Shown piece by piece: positions 59,322-64,000 of a stretch of 64,000 nucleotides of DNA; the first letter of the stretch is position 1; each line of letters starts with the position of its first letter. The DNA lies in the NCBI GenBank assembly GCA_965113315.1, contig OZ220382.1. One strand, written 5' to 3'. The notes beneath the pieces were generated by a model. The model was not told where the DNA came from and did not search any database. It saw only the letters and a list, made by a program, of their open reading frames with translations. The DNA is from Podarcis vaucheri (taxonomy: Eukaryota). A program made the position numbers and the translations under genes.

Positions 59322-60770
59322 CAACTGTGTTGAGGTTTTTTAATGTACATAATAAAATTACATGTCTGGGTAGGTGTGTTTAAATGAGAATGGGCTTAGA
59401 AGGCATAAAAACAGTATAATGAAGGCACTTGCTTAACATGAATAGGGAGGGAGTTTCAGAGAAGTGGTGATGCCTATACTGCCAAACTTTAAATGTATCT
59501 AGCATACATATACAGCTCTTTTCTGTTGGCTCAACAGTTACCAAATAGAACAGGATGCCTAAAATACAGTTTTAAATATTCAGTAAGGTGTTTAAAGAAA
59601 CATTCAGGCAACTTTGCTATTCCTGCCTCAAAGGAATGGAATATTGTAAATTTTACATCAAAATTGCCTACAAGTAAACATGCTAAGGAACATCAGAGGT
59701 GTTCTACACTTTGCCAAAGATCTTAGGAAGATGAAAAAGCCAGGTTGCAAGTGGAGAACGAGTGTCTCCCTCCCAACCTCAAGTGTTCTTGTGAGTGCAG
59801 CACTCCTCCCCAAAGCGAAACAAAGAAATATACAAACTACATTAATTCCCAGCATTTTTCACAAACTGTAGCGGCAGGGACAGGCACGATATTAGAAACA
59901 CCAGTCTCCCCAAAGCACTGTGGAGAGTATTGCAGGATAATGGGAAGCTAGCATTTTCCTATGTTAATTCTTTCTGAAAGATCCCCCAATGCCCCTAAGC
60001 AGAGACAGAATCTTAGGAAGCAAACCACTGGTTCAGCTAGCTCAATACCGTCTACACAGAATGGGAGAAACTCTCCAGACCTGCAGGCTGTGTTCTCTCC
60101 TCTAGCCTCACCTGGAGATGTCAGGGACTGAACCTCACACCATTTGTATGCAAAGCAGATGCTCTACAACTGATCTATGGTTCTTCTCTCTGGGCTTAGG
60201 GGAGAAGAGGAAAGGGACACAGATTATACGCTGCATTTTTAATTTTTCTTGTAAGCCATCCAGGAAAACTGTATTGACCAGAACCAGTATTTATTTATTT
60301 GTTTCCTTATTAGACTTTCATAGGGCCAAATATTTTCCATTGAGCTAGTGTAGATGAAGTAATTGTGACTGAGGGGTAAAACTATAGGCTGGTGGCGTGG
60401 TGTGGTGGAGCCAGAGGAGCCATGGTCCCAGTTGTAGATTTTTGAGGGGGCATGAAGCAAGCACCCCCAATGTGGCACGGCCTGGAGCTCGTCCTCCTGC
60501 ACTGGAGAAACCAACGCTTGCAGAGATGAGCTGGGCTAAGGACACCTCCTTTGCACCACATAGTGCCACAAGCTGGCTGGTTCCCCCCTGTGCAGGCAGG
60601 CGGGTGGAGCAGGCCGCCCTGGATCTGAGCCTCGCAAGGCCGCTCAGAGAGGGCAGAGTGGGGCTGCAGCAACCATGCGCCCTTCAACCCCAGCCCCACG
60701 AGGCTGGGGTCGAGGGATACATGTCTGCTGCGTACCCCGGGTTGCATAGAGACACACTCCGCACTGCTAT

Positions 60771-61190
60771 GTTGTTGTTGTTTAGTCGTGTCCGATTCTT
60801 CGTGACCCCATGGACCAGAGCACGCCAGGCACTTCTGTCTTCCACTGCCTCCCGCAGTTTGGTCAAACTCATGCTGGTAGCTTCGAGAACACTGTCCCAC
60901 CATCTTGTCCTCTGTCGTCCCCTTCTCCTTGTGCCCTCCATCTTTCCCAACATCAGGGTCTTTTCCAGGGAGTCTTCTCTTCTCATGAGGTGGCCAAAGT
61001 ATTGGAGTCTCAGCTTCACGATCTGTCCTTTCAGTGAGCACTCAGGGCTGATTTCCTTAAGAATGGATACATTTGATCTTCTTGCAGTCCATGGGACTCT
61101 CAAGAGTCTCCTCCAGGACCATAATTCAAAAGCATCAATTCTTCGGCAATCAGCCTTCTTTATGGTCCAGCTCTCACTTCCATACATCAC
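60771..61190 (-). mobile_element. BovB (RTE) LINE 3' fragment
   Basis: VMYGSESWTIKKA...LRLQYFGHLMRREDSLEKTLMLGK; (CAA)n tail; perfect 24-bp TSD TAGAGACACACTCCGCACTGCTAT (60747-60770, 61191-61214). Confidence 0.95.
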
Positions 61191-63084
61191 TAGAGACACA
61201 CTCCGCACTGCTATAGGTAACTCTAACACTCTTCAGTCTTTTTAGATACAGATAAACATTTAAACCTAACATACACTTGGGGACAGACAGAATACACACC
61301 ATACATTCAAAGCACATGACTTTCACCAGCCTGGGAACTTCAGTTATCCTTCACAGAGCTACTATTTCCAGCACTGTTAACGAACTACAGTTCCCTGGAC
61401 TCTGGGGAAAATTGTGAGCTTTAAGCAAATGATATGTATGTAGCCTTGTTTCTTAAATTCACCACCATATATATGTATGGAGGTAGTGCTGTTGCTGTGA
61501 CCCATATTAGATCAGGCTATGGCATAGTAGTAGGTTGTGACTCAGTATTGAAGACCAAAAAGTTAGACAACAATTCAGAAATGAAAGTTCATACCAACGA
61601 GCCTGGTACCAGGAGAAAGCAGGGCTGGAGATAAGGGAAAGACAAAGGAAGGAACTTAAAGAGCCAGGTAGCAAAGCAGGATCAAGGAAGCAGGAAGCAG
61701 TGTCTCTGAGCTGGTCTGGTTCACACACCATGCTAAGGCACACCATGGCTTTGCAGGAATGCATAGGTTCTGCAAGAGGCCAATTTGCTCCTCCTAGGTC
61801 ATTCTGCTGCTACACATGGCTTGGTTTAACATGCCACCCAAACCCAGGCTCAAGATTCAGACTAACCACAAGGTGTAACCAAGGTTTGTCCAATTGTTTG
61901 AAACTCTTTTAAGAGTCTGTGACCCCCCAAATTCAGTGTCAGGTGTTTGAGGCTTTTCAAAGTGCTATGAAGCTTTGACAGTCCCTACACCTCCTTTGTA
62001 CTGTATCTTATGCCAGGAGGTGGGGGTACCATGGCAACTTTTTCAGCACAGCACTTAGTTGCCATACTTTAATTAAGTGTGACCTCTAACATTTATTTTA
62101 AAAGGCAAGCAGAGAAGGCACAAAAGGTCTTAGAAAAATCTGTTTCTGTTGTCTCCAACTGATTGATCCAGATCATAGGATCCTTGTTGGTCCCAGAGAT
62201 TAAGAAATGCAAGACAGACAAAAGCACTTTTATTTCTCTCTTCCTTTTGTTGATGTAAGCTTTTGAAATACAAACAGAGAATGCCTTTATTTGGCTCAAG
62301 TGTTTAAAGCACTGAAAACTGAGCTTTCAAGTCACACACACCTACTGAATTGAAAATTCAAGGGAGGGGGTGAGGGAAATATTGCTTGGCCAGGTTCATA
62401 CATTCTAAGGAATGCCTGCAGACTTCCAACAGCAAGGTGCTAAATTCATGTTGGAGGAGACATGTAGGCTTAACATACTGATAAGGTTTTAAACTGCACA
62501 TAGATTTCTGAGCTTCTAGTACAGAAGCTTTCAAAAGACAGAATGGTGGAGTAGCTAAATCTCAAGTGTATTGAGCACACTGGCTTGCAAGCAAAGAAAG
62601 CTTTGCATTTTGGAAAATGGCCTATTCACAAAGCATTTCCCATTCAGCAGCTCTCCAGAAGTATATGCTGTTTCAATATTATCATTCTTGACAATGTTGA
62701 AATTTAATATTGCTGTTAATGTAATGCTCCCTATTATATTGTGTTTACATTGTAAAAGGCTAATCACCACATTAGCAACAGCACACTACCACCACCCATT
62801 TTCATTTCATGGAAAACGCTTGTGAATCAGACTGCAATTTGAAATGTGTGTTTTAGGCACTTAGAACCAACCTTGTTGAGAGGCATGGGCACTTGTGCTT
62901 GTTTCAGTCTCTGAAACCCCAAAGTTTGCAGGTTCCTACACCAACAGAATAAAAAGATATGGTGTTATATACAACTAAGTTCTTTTCAGAGTAGACCCAC
63001 TGAAGTTAATGTATCTTAGTCAAATCCAGTATCTTCCATGATTCTACCCCGAGTAGGAGAGCATCGAATACAACCCATAATTTA

Positions 63085-64000
63085 TTTGTGGCTCCAAATT
63101 GTGCAGGGTGCTTCCAAACCTACTGGTTTCACTGATAATGAACTTTGGGGATGTTCTATGTCAACCACACACTGTTTAATGGTTTCTTTGGCCTGTTCAT
63201 AGCCCATGCCGAGTAAAAGCTGTGGGGTAAGACCTACAGTTAACATTTTGTCTACCATGGCTGGATTCCATGTCGTTTGAAAGTTGTCTTTTGTAATTAG
63301 TCGAGCAAGGCCATGTGGGTAAAACAATAGCCAGAAGTTAAGTGTAGCCATCCACAACGTAGCCTCTACTCTTACAAGACCTGCCTCAAGATGTATGGTA
63401 GCATTTGAGACATAGTTTGACACTTGAAGAACTGATCTTAGGAACTTAGATTGTACTAGTTCCAATGATGTAAGAGGTGAAGAGGTCTAGTTGGGCGCCA
63501 TATACCGTAAAAGCTGTGCAATCGACTTGGCTTCAAACAGTTTAAAGGCTTTGGGTATATAATGTCCACCTTTGGTTCTAAGATATTTAAGTATGGCAGT
63601 TGCACTTCTCTGTGCATTCTCAGCAGCATAGTTCACATGGGCTTTTCTGCTTCCAGAAGCATGGAGGACTACCCCCAGATATTTAAAGCAGGCAACCTGC
63701 TCAATCTTATGACCATCAATGTACCATGGGAGGGGTTTGGGGCCTTTGGGCAAATGCCATGATTTTAGTTTTCTGATATTTAAGTTCCAATTTGCCCTCC
63801 TTGCAATATATTGCTAATGCTTTCATAGCTCTTCTAAGGCCTATGGGTGTTCCTGAAAGAATTGCTGCATTATCTGCATGCAGAAGGATATGCGTCCCTG
63901 ACAATTTTGGAGGATGGAAGTTCACATTATGCAGGTAGGGTAAAATATAATTAATATACAAATTCAATAAGAGTAGGGCCATTATGCACCTTTGCTTGAC
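63085..64000 (-). mobile_element. Degenerate RTE-X-like LINE RT fragment running off the window end
   Basis: VKQRCIMA..LLNLYIN, ILLHADNAAILS.TPIGL, IEQVACFKYLGV, VQSKFLRSVL.V...VSNATI.LEAG. Confidence 0.8.

Noticed and set aside
60397-61245. 282-aa plus-strand ORF (and 45138-45614)
   Set aside because: Antisense frame of BovB plus flanking sequence; no independent coding evidence.

Overview
This is vertebrate nuclear DNA from a squamate. The mix of Sauria SINEs, BovB, Squam3-like SINEs with a (CTT)n tail and CR1 points to a lizard, probably a lacertid (inference). I could not recognise any host protein-coding exon; the window reads as a large intron or intergenic region dominated by transposable elements. 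It contains a ~3 kb CR1 ORF2 with several lesions, fragments of L1/Tx1, RTE-X, RTE, BovB and L2, five Sauria SINEs, several tRNA-derived SINEs, many Tc1/mariner- and hAT-type MITEs (some nested), and two remnants of tyrosine-recombinase (Ngaro/DIRS-type) retrotransposons carrying an SGNH hydrolase. The most notable result is two divergent solo LTRs (17562-17969 and 30795-31227; TG...CA ends, perfect 5-bp TSDs). Both carry the same reading frame starting at LTR base 2, and their divergence is strongly synonymous, which suggests a selected, Arg-rich accessory protein encoded inside the LTR. Other highlights: an SGNH hydrolase with no ATG behind a canonical splice acceptor in the YR retrotransposon; SINE/LINE fragments in place of that element's RT/RNase H; a hAT MITE carrying a CpG-island promoter-like cargo; an RTE insertion with twin-priming geometry; and two independent BovB insertions truncated at almost the same base. 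Family names come from my recognition of motifs, not from database searches.
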